This document shows, piece after piece, positions 1-13,622 of a stretch of 64,000 nt of DNA. Source of the DNA: Chiloscyllium plagiosum. Lineage: Eukaryota. Location of the stretch: NCBI RefSeq assembly GCF_004010195.1, contig NC_057718.1, positions 21,247,612 through 21,311,611 on the forward strand, written 5' to 3'. Each line of letters begins with the position of its first letter. The stretch's first letter is position 1. The notes beneath the pieces were generated by a model that had not been told where the DNA came from, searched no databases, and worked only from the letters and a program-made list of their open reading frames with translations. The position numbers and the translations under genes were made by a program.

Positions 1-125
1 TAAACAGTTAATTAATGAGCACTTGAAATGTCAGAATATTCAATCAAGTACTGGAGAGTGGCATTAATGTGGATAGATAGATGCTGACTCAATGGGCCAA
101 AAGGCATATCCTGTGCTGTACGAAT
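1..125 (+). mobile_element. Degenerate CR1 LINE 3' end
   Basis: Ends in atgggccaaaaggcatatcctgtgctgta, a decayed version of the CR1 3' tail seen at about 5585-5615. Confidence 0.45.
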
Positions 126-1703
126 TTGTAACCAAGTTCTACTGTAGCTTTCAGAGGAGACATATCTGCACCAGTTCCCCAAGATGCTAGTAATTATACA
201 TTACCAAATGTAATGATTCTTACTGCTATCATGCGAAAAGACAGAAAGGAGAATTGATGACAGTACACTACTTCAAATAACCCTTACCCAATACTGCATC
301 CTGACAGAGGTGGAAATACCACATGGTACCAGCAGTGATCAACTGGGAAAATACATTACAAATCCCAAGTCCTGCTGTCATACTTGGTATTACAAGGTAA
401 ACTGCACAGAATGCAAAGTCTATTTACTAGTATGAATTGTAAGACTAAACCAAAAAACTTAATTCATTAAAGCTAACACAATGTTACTATATGATAAAGC
501 ACACTGAGACTCAGACTGAATAACATGTAGCAACATAAACATTGTTGCTGCTGAGTAACAAGATACAGATTTACAGTCACAATTGAATGGAAGAGGTGCG
601 AGTGACAGAAGAGATGAGAATGCAAGCAAGTACAAGAGCAAACAGGTTAATAAACTCAAAAACAAATTCACAGATGGCTTAACATCAATCATAACAATTG
701 GCTAAATCAAATTTGAATTTACGTTTAGAAATCATTAATGTGTGAAGACTACCAGATGTCATGTGCTGTACACAACTGTTCTGACTGATATTCAGAGAAT
801 GCTTCAAATTAGGAAATACCTATATTTTATTCCAGCATTAAGATGTTAAAAGCAGATGCAGAAAGGTTGAAATATGTATACAGAAAAATAGTATAAATTT
901 TGGAAGAAATGATCATCACTTATTAATACTTGTGTAAGCTCTATCAGAACATTTGAATTACCAGTATAATTGAATGGCATGAATAGCCATTATCAATCCA
1001 CTTTTGATTTGTTTCTTCACCTCAGAAAATACTTCATAGGTAAAAGAAACCATGCTAATAACACTGACCCACAAGAACTGCTTTTGCTTCAGCTAATACA
1101 ACAGTAACTAATTGCTTTTAACCAATTCTAAACTGAATAGACTAAACCTAGAATAACAGAATAAAGCAAGTGATTATTAGTTTCCAAAATATAGCCGAAT
1201 TAGTACGTGGCACAGTATACTCTCTCTATGTCTGTGCCAGGATGGCTGGATTCAAATCCCATCTGCTCCAGAGGTGTGTCATAACATTGTCAAACAGGTT
1301 GATTAGAAAAAAACTATACATGCATGAGTTTATGATGTTGAGTACATGAATTACATTTCATAATCAATTGTAAAATACATGCTAGATTTAATATTAGTTG
1401 CTTTTACAGGTATCGAATATAAACTAGGTCAAAAATGTAGTCTGTACAAATCTAAACCTTTGAATTTGTATCTATTTTGTCCCTTTTAAATAAAAAAGAA
1501 TAACAATATCAATATATTTGCCTACTGCTGTGAACTCCTTCCAACATAGATTTGCATACATATCAAATGTCCTTCATTTTCATGATGCAAGATGCCAACA
1601 GTAATTTCATTCCTTTGTTAATAACATGTAATTTATGGCATCCGGCGGCTGCAGTAGTTCAGTGGCAGATTTGCATCCAAATTCTTGTTTGTTTTAATTG
1701 CTT

Positions 1704-1725
1704 GGGGGGGGGGGGGGGGGGGGGG
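1704..1725. repeat. Poly-G tract (22 nt)
   Basis: Direct read of the sequence. Confidence 0.95.
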
Positions 1726-4626
1726 AAGAGAGAGAAAATGGTTACTTAGATGCAGTAACATTTCATGACAGCTTAGGGAAGTATGCCTTTACCTTTTGAT
1801 ACTTTTAATGCTTGTGGGTAAAAATATCAAAAAAAGTGAAAAAAAGTTTTGGTTTGGAAAAATTTACACATCAAAAATGCAGTAATTGCATTTTGTCTAA
1901 TCACTTCATTTCAGGCACTTGGTGGTGCTTACTAGATGGAATCATGTTCTTATTTCTCAAAATGCATACAGAAAATGTTACAATGCTAAAAGAAAATACA
2001 AGGAGCAGCTTCCATGACAACAAACTGGTAGGTAAATTAGTTACACCTGAACAATACTCCATTTAACAGCCGCACCAACGTAACCTAATCTTTCATTTTA
2101 ACTTTGGATGCAATTTGATTCAAAAAATCACAACATATACCTGTGCACAAATAAGCTAACCATGAAAATAAAACTGAAGAATTATTTAATAATGGCTAAC
2201 ACTCTTTCCGATAACAACATATATTTTATATATTATTTCAGTGCAGCAATGTCTTACTATTCATAGGGATTACCATTCCTGCAAAACCTTGCATACAGCA
2301 AACATATATGAGAATAGGTTCCAAATATCAAAATAAGTACAGTATTTACAATAGATCAAAGGCAAGAGTGTTTTAACGCATGTAAAGATTATTAAAACAT
2401 TTTTAATAAGAAATATGAAAATTTGTCACCTGTTCATATAACTCTCCAGCAGAATACCTTGATCACAAAAAATGTACACACACATGCAAACAATCCAATT
2501 TGCAATACAACAGTGCAAGAGACTACGTATTTTCCCCCTTTTGGAATACAAACTGCAAAAGAAGTCATACTGCATAACTAAAATACCAGGAAAGTTTCGC
2601 CACTTGAAAAATCAAGTGATGCACATTTCTAGTCGTACAAGAAGGTTCTGTTTTGAGGCAGTGAATTATTGGGACAGTACGACACCAAGAGTCTTTTAGT
2701 TGAAGAAAACCTGCCTGATGATAACATTCAGATCGGTTGAGCTAAAGTTTGTTACAGACTTGTGAGATTAGTGAATCGAAAAAGCACTCAAACTGGAAAA
2801 AACTCTCTCGGTGAACAAAAAAAAGCTCAAAAGTATGCATTTTAATACAAGACAGACACCCACCTTTTCAACTATCAAGTCAAAGAACAACCATCACTCT
2901 ACAGATAACAGCATGTTATCATTTCTAAATTCAAAAGAGCTTTCGGAAAAAAACTCTCCACCCAGTGATCGAGACTATCGATCTTTAGAATTTTGTTTGC
3001 CCTGTCCATATATTCATCTGTTTTATTTGTTCTTTTTATTTTCTGCTGTCTGTTAAAGAATAAATGGTTTACAATAAATGTTAATGACAAAACCTGGTGT
3101 GAGTTGTCTTTGTCCTTAAGAACATTCTGTCAGGCAAAGTGATCAGTTTGGTGATTAACTGGGTATTTACACTTTTGTGATGGCGTGTGGAATAATGAAG
3201 TTTAATATCTGTGCATTCTTCCCAGTTAGGTTATAATAGCAGGCAAACATATGCAAAGGTGTATGTTTCTTGCCCAAAAATATAGTACAAATGCCAGTCA
3301 CCTTCAATTTCTTAGACTTCTAGATATTAATTTATATAATTTTCCATTCTGATAATTTCCCCCATGCACACCCCCCTCCACCCCATCCCACGTTTTCCCT
3401 CCAAAAAACAGATACAAGTGAACATTGTGTCATATTTTTCCCATTGCAAGTCCAATGTTTTCAACAGATTAAAAGAAAAATCAATGCTGCATTAGAGTGC
3501 TACACAGTTGCACATGCTCACTTTCGGAGTAAACATTATACTTTACAGCCTTCCAGGCGGATGCAAAAGTAGCACAGGAGGCACTACATCATTGATGAGC
3601 AGGGACTTATTCCAGTCTACATATCCAAAACACAATTCAACATTGCCTGTAATAATGTTGCTCAGCTTTGTCTATCCAGTATGGATAAACCCTACATATA
3701 TGCAATCAAGAATTTTAGACTAGGTGCTATGCAGATAGATTAAAAAATAGCTATACTCAGAAAACTTAGTATCTGAATGTTACAATAAAGTTTTATAATA
3801 TCTATTTAACCAAATGTGTTCCCACAGATACAAAACAGAGTTCTGCAGAATGCCAAGCCAAATGTCTTCATAAAGAAAGGGACACAACCTCACAGCAGTC
3901 ATCAGAACAGAGACAAAGGATTAGTTATTCTTAAACGAGTTTCCCTCTGCAAGTTTATTGGAAAAATTCTGAATCACAAATGATTCCCTAAATTTTTACT
4001 CTACAAATCTATTCCAGTAGTGTATATGTTTCTGTGTCAGAGCAGAGCACATTCTATGGCATCAATGGGGTGGACAGGCAGGATTGCAACCATACCTACC
4101 GACCCAGTAAGGTTACCCCATCTTAAAAGGTTTGAAGTTGTTCCACTTGGAGTGTCAGCCCTGCTTTGGATTTAGTTCAGGCAAATACAAACAATCCTGC
4201 TGAATTTTAATTAAAAGATTTAAGATCTTTTAGCTATGGTACAACGAGGGGCTGGAAACTGTGGACAGCCTCTTAAGCAATATGCCTAAGATGGAATAAG
4301 GTACAGCTCCCAGTGTAATATGTTGCTTAGTCAGTTCTTTTTTTAACTGAAGTCTTGGAATCAATCTTTACAAATGTCATGAATATTTTAATAAGAGAAA
4401 AGGTTCCCACAGTGGGGAAAGAGACTGGTGACCAATCTCCTTTTGAGAGAGATGCATTGACAATTATTGAGACTCAACTCAGTTCTATGACACAGGGCTC
4501 TATCCTCTACTTGTCATTCCTAAGGACTCTCACATGGATAAATAACAATTGTAGTAGCAGGACCATCACATTAGTGAAAGATGCTCCTCAGTCTTCCGAA
4601 GATCTTGCTGATCTTCCAGTGCAGAG

Positions 4627-4684
4627 TTATTCTTGACCAATTGTTGTAGGCTGGCACATTCTCAGTCCCAGGGATGCATAAAAG
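4627..4684 (-). CDS. Candidate terminal coding exon of the unidentified minus-strand gene, (N)FYASLGLRMCQPTTIGQE*
   Basis: Acceptor ctattgtctctag|C on the minus strand. Phase 2 matches the phase-2 donor of exon 13395-13581. Several kb of repeat-poor, UTR-like sequence follow. No homology recognised. Confidence 0.3.
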
Positions 4685-5166
4685 CTAGAGACAATAGCCA
4701 CAGTAATGCAATATGGAAAGATCATCAGCTAAAGATCAAGGTCTTACAGCCACAGTACATTAAAGAAATAGAAATTGCGTAGAGCTCCTTGGGTATGACC
4801 AGGCATGGAATGTATACTGTAAATATAAAGTACAGTAACACTGCATTTGGGCACCTCACAGTGATTCACATGTTGTTTAGAGAACAGTTGAATTCAATAG
4901 CAATTTTCGTAATTTTAAATTTTGGAACATCAGTTTACGAAACTTTTTTTGGAAAATATTAGATTGGGTGATTTTTATGATGGCATGGGAGAACTGGCAC
5001 GGCATGACTGAATTTATTAATTCGGCTACAAGTGCTTTGTGCATCTTGGCTGGCAAAAACAGATTTTCTGATTATCACATTGTTCTTTTGAGAACTTTGT
5101 ATGTCCAAAATTGGGTATAAAATTTCCTAAACAGTGACTACACTTCAGAAATATTTACTGGCTTTG

Positions 5167-5632
5167 ATTTACAAGGATGTTGCCAGGGTTGGAGGATTTG
5201 AGCTACAGGGAGAGGTTGAACAGGCTGGGGCTGTCTTCCCTGGAGCATTGGAGGCTGAGGGGTGACCATACAGAGGTTTACAAAATTATGAGGGGCATGG
5301 ATAGGATAAATAGGCCAAGTCTTTTCCCTGGGGTGGGGGAGTCCAAAACTAGAGGGCACAGGTTTAGGGGGAGAGGGGAAAGATATAAAAGAGACCTAAG
5401 GGGCAACTTTTTCACACAGAGGGTGGTACCTGTATGGAATGAGCTGCTAGAGGATGCGGTGGAGGCTGGTACAATTGCAACATGTAAAAGGCATTTGGAT
5501 GGGTATACGAATTGGAAGGGTTTGGAGGGATATGGGCCGGGTGATGGCAGATGGGACTAAATTGGGTTGGGATATCTGGACGGCATGGACCAAAGGGTCT
5601 GTTTCCGTGCTGTTCACCTCTATGACTCTATG
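5167..5632 (+). mobile_element. CR1 LINE 3' fragment (ORF2 C-terminus and 3' UTR)
   Basis: ORF 5177-5560 reads MLPGLEDLSYRERLNRLGL...TRGH...NFFTQRVVPVWNEL, typical of the CR1 ORF2 end, with a ctctatgactctatg tail. Confidence 0.92.
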
Positions 5633-6497
5633 GCTTCATGATGTCCTGAGGTTACGACGGGTGGTACATTCATGCAGTATATTTTTATTCATAGTTCCTC
5701 ACTGAATATAGTCATACAAGGCACCAGACTGGAACTCTATTTGTATAACTACAGTGGGTGAGAGAAACAGTCAAATCAGAAATCAAATTCATTATCTGAA
5801 CGTAACCCTTTTCCAAATAACCTCAGCAGAGCAAAGCTGTAGCCATTCTCAATTTCCAAAACCTTTTCCAATTACACCCCATCAGCAAAGCTATAGAACC
5901 CCTATTACAGTTAAAGAATATTGTTGCAAGGGGTAATGAAGATTGCCTATGCAAATATGAGACATAGGGGAAGTTCTACTCAACCTTGTAAGCCAGAGTA
6001 AAATGCTAACTAACATCAGTCAAAAATCAAGAAAGGAATCTAAAATCTTTAAATTATTTGGAAGAATTTGTTTTAATTTATGAATTAAATACTTTATTTT
6101 ACATCCAATTATTTGTTTAAAAAAAAACTGTGTCTTCGAAAGCAGAATCTTATAATTCACCAACTGAATGCTAGAGTTGAACCTACAAGATCTTCAGTAC
6201 TCACTAAATTTGGCAGGTTCATTAAGCTTTAACCTTCCTTTCTAAGTTTATTGTTATACACGCATTTTCTAATGAAATGTTTAGTGTAATGCATTATTAA
6301 TCCACCTTGAAAATACATAAACAGAAACACTGATAACCTTATCAGCCACGAGAAACTAAACAAAATGGAAACTATACAATTCAGTGCATGTGATTTGTGT
6401 GTAATTGTGATTGAAGGGCCTGATAATTGCATCTTTTTTGTGTATTATCAATTAGTTTAGTCGAGCTCACTGCCTACAAAATGATCTCAGCTGACGG

Positions 6498-7314
6498 TAT
6501 TACTGGACAAGTCATATTCCAGAATGAAACCTGGCTTGGTAGATTTTTTCTTTGCTTCGTTAATTAAGCACAGAGACGTTTTACAAAGTTGCTGATTCTA
6601 ACAGAAAAGGTTTATTACATAAAGAAGAAATATAACAAGCAAGTTGCCAAAGAATAGAAAACTATTGGTAGATCTCCACAAAATAGTTTCACCTTGTTTC
6701 GCAGGACTATTTATTACTGTTACAGAGTTGTCTCAGCTCTTAAGTGTTCTACTTAACTGAATCCTGGCAGTTTATTTGCAATGGAATTTGTAGACAATTT
6801 GATCAATACTTTCCAAACCTGCCAACATGAACTTTTTCACATAAAAGAGCCAAAACATTCTCAGTTCTAATGATCCACAGTTTTCAAACCAGACTCTCAT
6901 GCATTGCAAGTTTTACAAGCTAAATTCTCCTGCTGAGGAAACTGATCTCTGGATTGCCCTAAACTTCCAGGATACAAAGTAAACTTACTTCTAAACCCAA
7001 TCCTGGGATCTGCTGAACTGGCCAAAAAAAAAGCTCATCCTAGATTCTGCTGAAACTGAAAAAAAAAGCAAATTTCCTTGCATGTTTACTTCACCTGTTG
7101 TAAACATTGGCATCTTTCCATTAACATCACAGAGGGTGTAGCCATCTTCTTTTGACAAGATGCTGGATTTAGCCATGATTCTAGAAAAAAACACTGACCC
7201 TGATTAGTTTTTTTTATAACGCTCAACAGAAATAAGCAAAAACCCAATGGCTTCTATCCTGAAAACCAAATTCCAAAAATGATATCAATTCATATCATTC
7301 GTTGCTAGTAATCA
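6498..7314 (-). mobile_element. Possible old solo LTR
   Basis: Degenerate inverted termini tattactgg...ctagtaatca, a minus-strand AATAAA near 6611 and about 800 bp of non-coding sequence. No clear TSD. Confidence 0.25.
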
Positions 7315-7329
7315 CTGGCTAATGAGCAT

Positions 7330-7800
7330 GATTGTCCACCTAGGAAATTTATATCACTGGTTATGGGTTCTGTGGGTCCTTGCATGGCTGACGACTCCAA
7401 TCCTAGAGTTACACCTCTGACCACACATTTGGCATGTCTTTCAGAGAGGTGAAAGCGGTCGGACTGGAGATTGTTAACATTCCTTTCTCTGGTTCCTTTT
7501 CCATACTTCTGCTTGCGCACTGGTGTTCTCAAAGAATTGAAATCCTTCGTACAGGAGTTTCCTCCAAGCCAGTTTCATTTGAATTCCATGCATTGAAAGA
7601 TATGTTGTATTTCTTGCGGGAAGCTTTCAGGGAGTGTGTGAAATGTTTCCTTTCCCTTCTCTCATTTGAACTCCTTCCTTGAGCTAAGCAAGGATGATTT
7701 GGCAGTAAGAACTCTGGCAAATCAACAGCCCAACAGAGTGGTTTTGGGTGATCATGGCCTCAATATTGGTGCTAATAGCTGCTTCAAAGACACTGATGTC
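7330..7800 (-). mobile_element. RTE-clade LINE 3' fragment (frameshifted)
   Basis: Minus frames give GRSSNERRERKHFTHSLKASRKKYNI (RTE-like GxRxxGxQRKRFKDxLKASLK) and a terminal zinc finger KTCQMCGQRCNSRIGVVSHARTH at about 7370-7440. Confidence 0.75.
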
Positions 7801-7809
7801 AGTACGCCT

Positions 7810-8348
7810 GTGGGTGGCTTTGTGGGGCTACCATGATACCACCAACACACTAAAACAGCAGCTAATGAACTTGAAAGACCCTATACAATGAGCAAAACTA
7901 ACGTCATTTACAAAATACCATACCAAACACTACATTGGACAAATAGGCAGAAAACTAGCCACCAGGATACATGAACACCAACTAGCCACAAAAAGACATG
8001 ACCCTCTTTCACTAGTATCCTCACATATGGATGAGGAAGGACACCACTTCGACTGGGACAACACACCCATCCTAGGACAAGCCGAACAAAGACATGCATG
8101 AGAATTCCGAGAAGCATGGCATTCCAACCGGAACTCTATGAACTAACACGTAGAGTTGGAACCCATCAACCACCCTCTGAGAAAAGGAACAGGAAGTGAC
8201 TTCACCACCCAAAGAAAACCAAATATATAAATAGAAAGTAGGAATTTTCAGCATTGCTTTGCATGAGGCTCACTGAAGATGTTACCTAGTAGGGTAACGA
8301 AATGTCTGGAAATGAACCTTTAGCTCAGTGAGCAAACCTACATCCAGA
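7810..8348 (+). mobile_element. Penelope-like element family A (Poseidon/Penelope type), 5'-truncated: GIY-YIG region and pseudo-LTR
   Basis: Matches the arms at 35552-36677 and 55920-56503, encodes decayed VIYKIP..HYIGQIGRKLATRIHEH and ends at ...caaacctacatccag. Confidence 0.88.
8268..8310 (+). ncRNA. Minimal hammerhead ribozyme motif in PLE family A
   Basis: CTGAAGA (8273-79), t, stem II gttacc/ggtaac, GAAA (8299-8302), then tgtc (acgtc in sister copies) and tgg. Confidence 0.7.
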
Positions 8349-8544
8349 TAACTTACTGAGCAGTATTTATTGAAGTTGTGAAAGAGTTTTTGCTATTTCA
8401 ATGCCATAACAATAAGTACAACCACTGTGTATAAGGGGAAAAACAAACGTTCAGAATGCAGTCCAACCCAAGCCAGTTTCCAGTCTGTCTTCGATTGAAA
8501 TTGTATCAAACTTACTAAGTCACATTAAAAGCAGCGGTCATAAA

Positions 8545-8855
8545 AGATGCTTCCCCTTGTGGAACATTCTAGAACTAGGGGGAACTATTTCAAAATTAAG
8601 GGTTGCTCTTTTTGGAAAGAGATGAGAAGAAATTATTTCTCTCCAAACATTCATTCAGAGACTTTGGAAGGATGCAGTGTCATTTAATATATCCACCTCT
8701 ATCTTAAAAATACTGTGGCTAGCCAGGAGTACCGAAGGATATAAAGGGGTACATAGAATGTGGAATTCAAAATTCACAATGTGGAATGTATGACTAAATA
8801 GCATAACAGGATTGAGGAACTGAATGATCTACTTGTGCTCCTTTTTTTATGTTCA
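8545..8855 (+). mobile_element. Old CR1 3' fragment
   Basis: Decayed gatgcttccccttgtgg..tctagaactagggg..gagatgagaagaaattatttctctc motifs, homologous to the CR1 ORF2 end. Confidence 0.6.
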
Positions 8856-11067
8856 CATAGAAGAACACCACAAGCTGGTCTTTGACATATTTGGCACATA
8901 TCAGAAACAATTCAGCGATAGGACCTGCACAACAAACGAGATATTCTGAGAAGAAAAGTTATATTGTTCTTTTATGTTGATCTGCAATGAGCTGATCTGC
9001 ACAGTCCATATAATTGTTTAACATTTTAAAACCAGCCAAAAGAAAATTAGGATAAAATACATTCTGAACATTATGATATAAAATGTAAATAAGATTACTG
9101 CAGTAAATGCCATAACCCTGTACGTACACTTGAAATGGGGTATGCGATATGTAAGGTGTGTGTACGCCTCAAATGCGCAGATTCCACCATAACCTTGTTG
9201 GCATCACTAGACCTGCATAAAAGATCAGGGAGAGATTTTGAAGTGTTCACCAATTATGCTGAAGGCCTCTTATGCCAGTGCCTTCTTTGATATGCTTCAA
9301 AATTCAGTTTTACCATTTAGGTCGACCCACAAAAGTACCCACATACTCAAGTGGAAACTGCAAGATTCTGCTGACTATGCTCGCTTGAGAAGACTCTTTA
9401 AATTATACATTTTTTTGGAAAACAGGCATTTGTTTTTAAAAAATTTAAAATTACTAAGAAACTGATTAACGCACACTAATTAAATAATCAATTGTACAGC
9501 TTTTCAGTGTTATTTTTAGGAATTTTAATACAGGTTATTCACAATTAGAAAAGTGAACATTTTTTAAAATTCTTACTTATGGTGGGAATCCTATTTTTAG
9601 CTGTATTCGAAGAACTCCACTGGATTACCACGTGTAAGTACTTCAATGAATACTTTATAATGGAAAGAAGGAAAATAAAGGAAGAAAAACAACAAACAAG
9701 TGCTTTCTATTACAACACCTGTTCGTCCCAGCCCACAGTAGATTTTAATATTGCAGTTGAACAAAGTAATTTGGTGGAAATATAAAGCACAACCTAATCA
9801 ATGCACACTTGGCACAATTCCCCATGGGAAAGTCTACCCCTATATGTTTATAATGAAATCCAGCTGTCTATCCTAGAAAGCTGTCACGACTTGCTATTAC
9901 TTTACACAGTTTACAACAAAATAAACAAGCTTTATATAACATTTTAAAATAATTTTGTAGTCTCCTAGATTAAATGCTAAGAACTATTAGCTTCTTAAAG
10001 TTTGATAGGATTTGTACAGATCATCTTCAGATTAGACAGAAGTAAAATGGATTAAACTCACAAATCTCTCAAGGGCTATGTTACAATACTTGGTAAGTAG
10101 TGCTTCAGAAGCAGATTTAGCATTTGACAATCACTAAGAAATATTGCAACATTTAAAAAAGAAATAGCCTTTTGTAGGGAGATTGAAAAAGGTAGGTTAG
10201 TTTTGAAGAGAATTGGGAATTATATCATCCATAATTTTCATGATGAATTGCTAAAAATTGTATTTTTCTTAGCAGAAAATATCAAATATAATGCACCCAT
10301 ATTTAAAACTGTACTGACAGAATAGAAGCACGTGCAAACGTTGAAAACACTACTCAAGGATTAATAAGATGAACAAGAGCACAGTTAAAATCCTGTAAAA
10401 ATCTGAATATTTTTCCTGCAAACTGTAAACTGTACTCCTCAGAGACTATTTGAGCAAATTAATGAATAAATACTCATGAAATTGAGCATGGATGATGTTT
10501 GCCTTGTCATTTGATCTTCCCAGTATTCCCAAACATCTTTTATTTTCTATTTTGTTAATGCAGATCTATTGTAAATGCATTATATTCCTATCATTGTTTA
10601 ATGCAAGATTTGAACTTTCCTATGGCATAAGTACTACACTTTGCTATTACTTTACAGATACCATGTGTGGGCTTGGTATCCAGTGAAAGAGTACATGAAC
10701 CACACAGACTGAATTTGTTAAATAATAGATTGTGAAGAATACACCTTCAGGAAACACAAGGTTTGATCCTGGGCCTGTGCTCAATCAGCCTGATTTCTAC
10801 AGTGGAGCAATGGTTTATTACGATAAGTCCTGCAATTAAGCAGAGGAAATGCAGCCAAGTTTGCCACTTGCACTTGGTATCATTCAAACCCTGCTGAAGG
10901 TCTAAGTGCATGGATTTTTGTTGAAGCCAAGTTTAGCTCTTATTCCTATTCCCCAGTAATCCACCAGCTGCTTCACTTCAAGTGATCAATGCTCATACAA
11001 ATAATTGTCAGTTTAAGGACAACAGGTGCTTTGAGCAAAAGTAACTTAAGGAAGAATTTCCTCAAGG

Positions 11068-11722
11068 AAAAAAGCAGAATGGTATGTTGTTTCTCTGATG
11101 CAAGGATCAAGGATGCCTCAGAGAGCGTGCAGAATGTTCTCACGGGGGAGAGGGGCCAGCAAGAGGTCATTGTCCACATTGGAACCAACGAAATAGGAAG
11201 GGAAAAGGTTGAGAGTCTGAAGGGAGATTACAGAGAGTTAGGCAGGTATTTAAAAAGGAGGTCCTCAAGAGCAGTAATATCTGGATTACTCCCAGTGCTA
11301 CGAGCTAGTGAGGACAGGAAGAGGAGGATAGAGCAGATAAATGCTTGGCTAAGGAGCTGGTGTATGGGAGAAGGATTTACATTTTTGGATCATTGGAATC
11401 TCTTTTGGGGTAGAAGTGACCTGTACAAGAAGGACAGATTGCACCAAAATTGGAAGGGGACTAATATACTGGCAGGGTAATTTGCTAGAATTGCTTGGGA
11501 GGATTTAAACTAGTAAGGTGGGGGAGTGGGACCCAGGGAGATAGTGAGGAAAGAGATCGATCTGAGACGGGTACAGCTGAGAACAGAAGTGAGTCAAACA
11601 GTCAGGGCAGGCAGGGACAAGGTAGGACTAATAAATTAAACTGCATTGATTTCAATGCGAGGGGCCTAACAGGGAAGGCAGATGAACTCAGGGCATCATT
11701 AGGAACATGGGACTAGGATATT
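11068..11722 (+). mobile_element. CR1 internal fragment: ORF1 SGNH-esterase domain and start of the ORF2 APE endonuclease
   Basis: ORF 10989-11480 has VIVHIGTNEIG and DRLH (SGNH blocks III and V). ORF 11495-11716 ends with NKLNCIDFNARGLTGKADELRA (APE N-terminus). Confidence 0.88.
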
Positions 11723-12317
11723 TAGACTTTTTTTCCCTTACAAATTGTATTTGTGTCTCCAGCCAGGAAAGAAACAAACAAAGACAAAACTTTAAGACAA
11801 AATATTCGTATCTGGACGATCACTTCTAAATTTCTTTACAAACTCCAACCTCAAAGTCTCAGACTTTTCTGGGAGGTTTAGTCCATTTCAGAAAGTAGGT
11901 AAGTAAATGTATTCCACCTGATATATCATGATTGATTAAATAAATAACTAAATAGCTGTAGTTGCATAAATAAATTCCTTGAACACAGTAAGCTCAAGGA
12001 GGTCATAGGTTTGTAGTTTTCATTGTTTTGATATTTCATTGATAGAAAACAAATACACATCTTCCTTTACAGCAATAGAAATAAAGGCTTTCCATCTTTT
12101 ACATCATCAGACATTTCTCAAGAGGACAGGATTTACAAACTTCTTCATGGCACACTCTTTTAAACGAACTTTCAAAATGTGGTTCTGCTCACTGGACTCA
12201 AGGGAGTTGGCTTTCATGCATGTTGAGAATTCTTTCCACAAACTCTGCTTTTATGCACTCCAAAATTCATGCTAGGAGCTGTAGTCAGAACATTAGATAC
12301 AGAAGGAGTAGACCATA

Positions 12318-12443
12318 GTATCCAAAAGGAGCAGTGCTCAGAAAGCTAGTGCTTCCAAATAAACTTGCTGGACTACAACCGCGTGTTGTGTGATTTTTTT
12401 GAACTTTGTCCACCCCAGTCCAACACCAGCGCCTCCACATCAT
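12318..12443 (+). mobile_element. PLE family C 3' end with tail
   Basis: ggagcagtgctcagaaagcta..aaataaac..ggactacaacc..caccccagtccaacacc..cctccacatcat, homologous to 20355-20515 and 47244-47529. Confidence 0.7.
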
Positions 12444-12604
12444 GGCTATTCCATTCAATGAGATCACAGTAGCTCCAGGTTGTAATTCCATCTACCTGCC
12501 AAAGCTTCATATGCTTTTATGCTAGCAAACATAGCAAACATCAGAAATAAAATTAAAGGAGTTAGCCACTACTGCTGCTTGTGTATGACAATTCTACATT
12601 ATCA

Positions 12605-12806
12605 CCCAATCTGAGGAAGGCTCACCAGACTTGAAACTTTAACTTGGATTTCTCTGATTTTGCCTGTCCTCGGATGCTGCCTGAATTGCTGTGCTCTTCC
12701 AGCACCACTAATCCAGAATCTGGTTTCCAGCATCTGCAGTCATTGTTTTTACCTCTGCACAGATGCTGCCAGACCTGCTGAGCTTTTCCAGCTACCTCTG
12801 TTTTTG
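12605..12806 (+). mobile_element. PLE-derived 3' end (family D) with a family B 3' tail nested at about 12656-12751
   Basis: Host reads CTGAGGA aggctcaccagactt GAAA..cacagatgctgccagacctgctgag. Insert reads ggatgctgcctg..ccagcaccactaatccagaatctgg.. and is flanked by ctctg repeats. Confidence 0.6.
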
Positions 12807-13394
12807 ATACATTATTACAACTGTGTTGAAAACCCAGAATAAAGTTGATCTGATTTTAAGCTTATAACCCTGTTTGGAGTGCCGAGGCTAGAGAAAAAGA
12901 GTTTCTATCTACTCCACAATTCCTTTAAAAATCCTAAAAATCTCAAATCATTCAACTTCCATATAATAGGGAAAACAAATCTAATTCAAGCAATCTCTCC
13001 TTATAATGTAACATCTAGTGCCTTGGTATATTCTGAAGCTGTATTGTATCCATTTCAAGGTTTAGTATCCTTCCCAAGATGTACTACCCAAGACTGTTTA
13101 CAACACATCAAAGCTAGTCTAACCAGAACTTAGATTAGCTGCTGCAAAAGCTCCTTTATATTCTAGCTGCCTAGATATAAAGGCAAATATTCAGGTACAA
13201 ATGTAACAAGACATATAGAAAAACACGAAACCCAAAAAATAAGCCACAAAATCCATCCTAGTCGTGCACAAAAAAAAGTGTTTAAAGATCAAGAGAATGA
13301 CTCCTTTCTGGGATGAAGATGTGTAAATGTTATCCAACTTTCAGTACCTCACTTAAAGGGTGGTGAGGCTACAACAACCAAACTCAAACCTCAC

Positions 13395-13581
13395 TTCTGC
13401 AGCACTTTTGATCCTAAATTATTGGGTAAGATTAGAGCAGGGTCAACAGGCAATTCAGGATTAAGAGCAATTTGTAGCATCTCCCCATTGTCACATGAGC
13501 CAAGATCAATAGAATTGGAAGCAAAATCAACTGGTACAATGTCTGAGCTCTCAATAACTGCATGCATCATGAGGATAGGGG
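13395..13581 (-). CDS. Probable coding exon of an unidentified gene: (x)PILMMHAVIESSDIVPVDFASNSIDLGSCDNGEMLQIALNPELPVDPALILPNNLGSKVLQ
   Basis: Only one open minus frame, non-repeat and protein-like. Acceptor ttctccaag (alternative tgcag gives a start at 13557, same phase 1). Donor AA|gtgagg. If the donor is unspliced the frame stops at once (QK*). Confidence 0.6.
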
Positions 13582-13622
13582 CTTGGAGAACAGATGTAAC
13601 ACATTAAGTTAATTATTTATAC

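Noticed and set aside
2640..3240. LTR-like composition with AATAAA
   Set aside because: I could not define TG..CA termini or a TSD.
4355..4636. 93-aa plus-strand ORF
   Set aside because: It has no real ATG start or splice context and no recognisable motif. It lies antisense to the candidate last exon and UTR.
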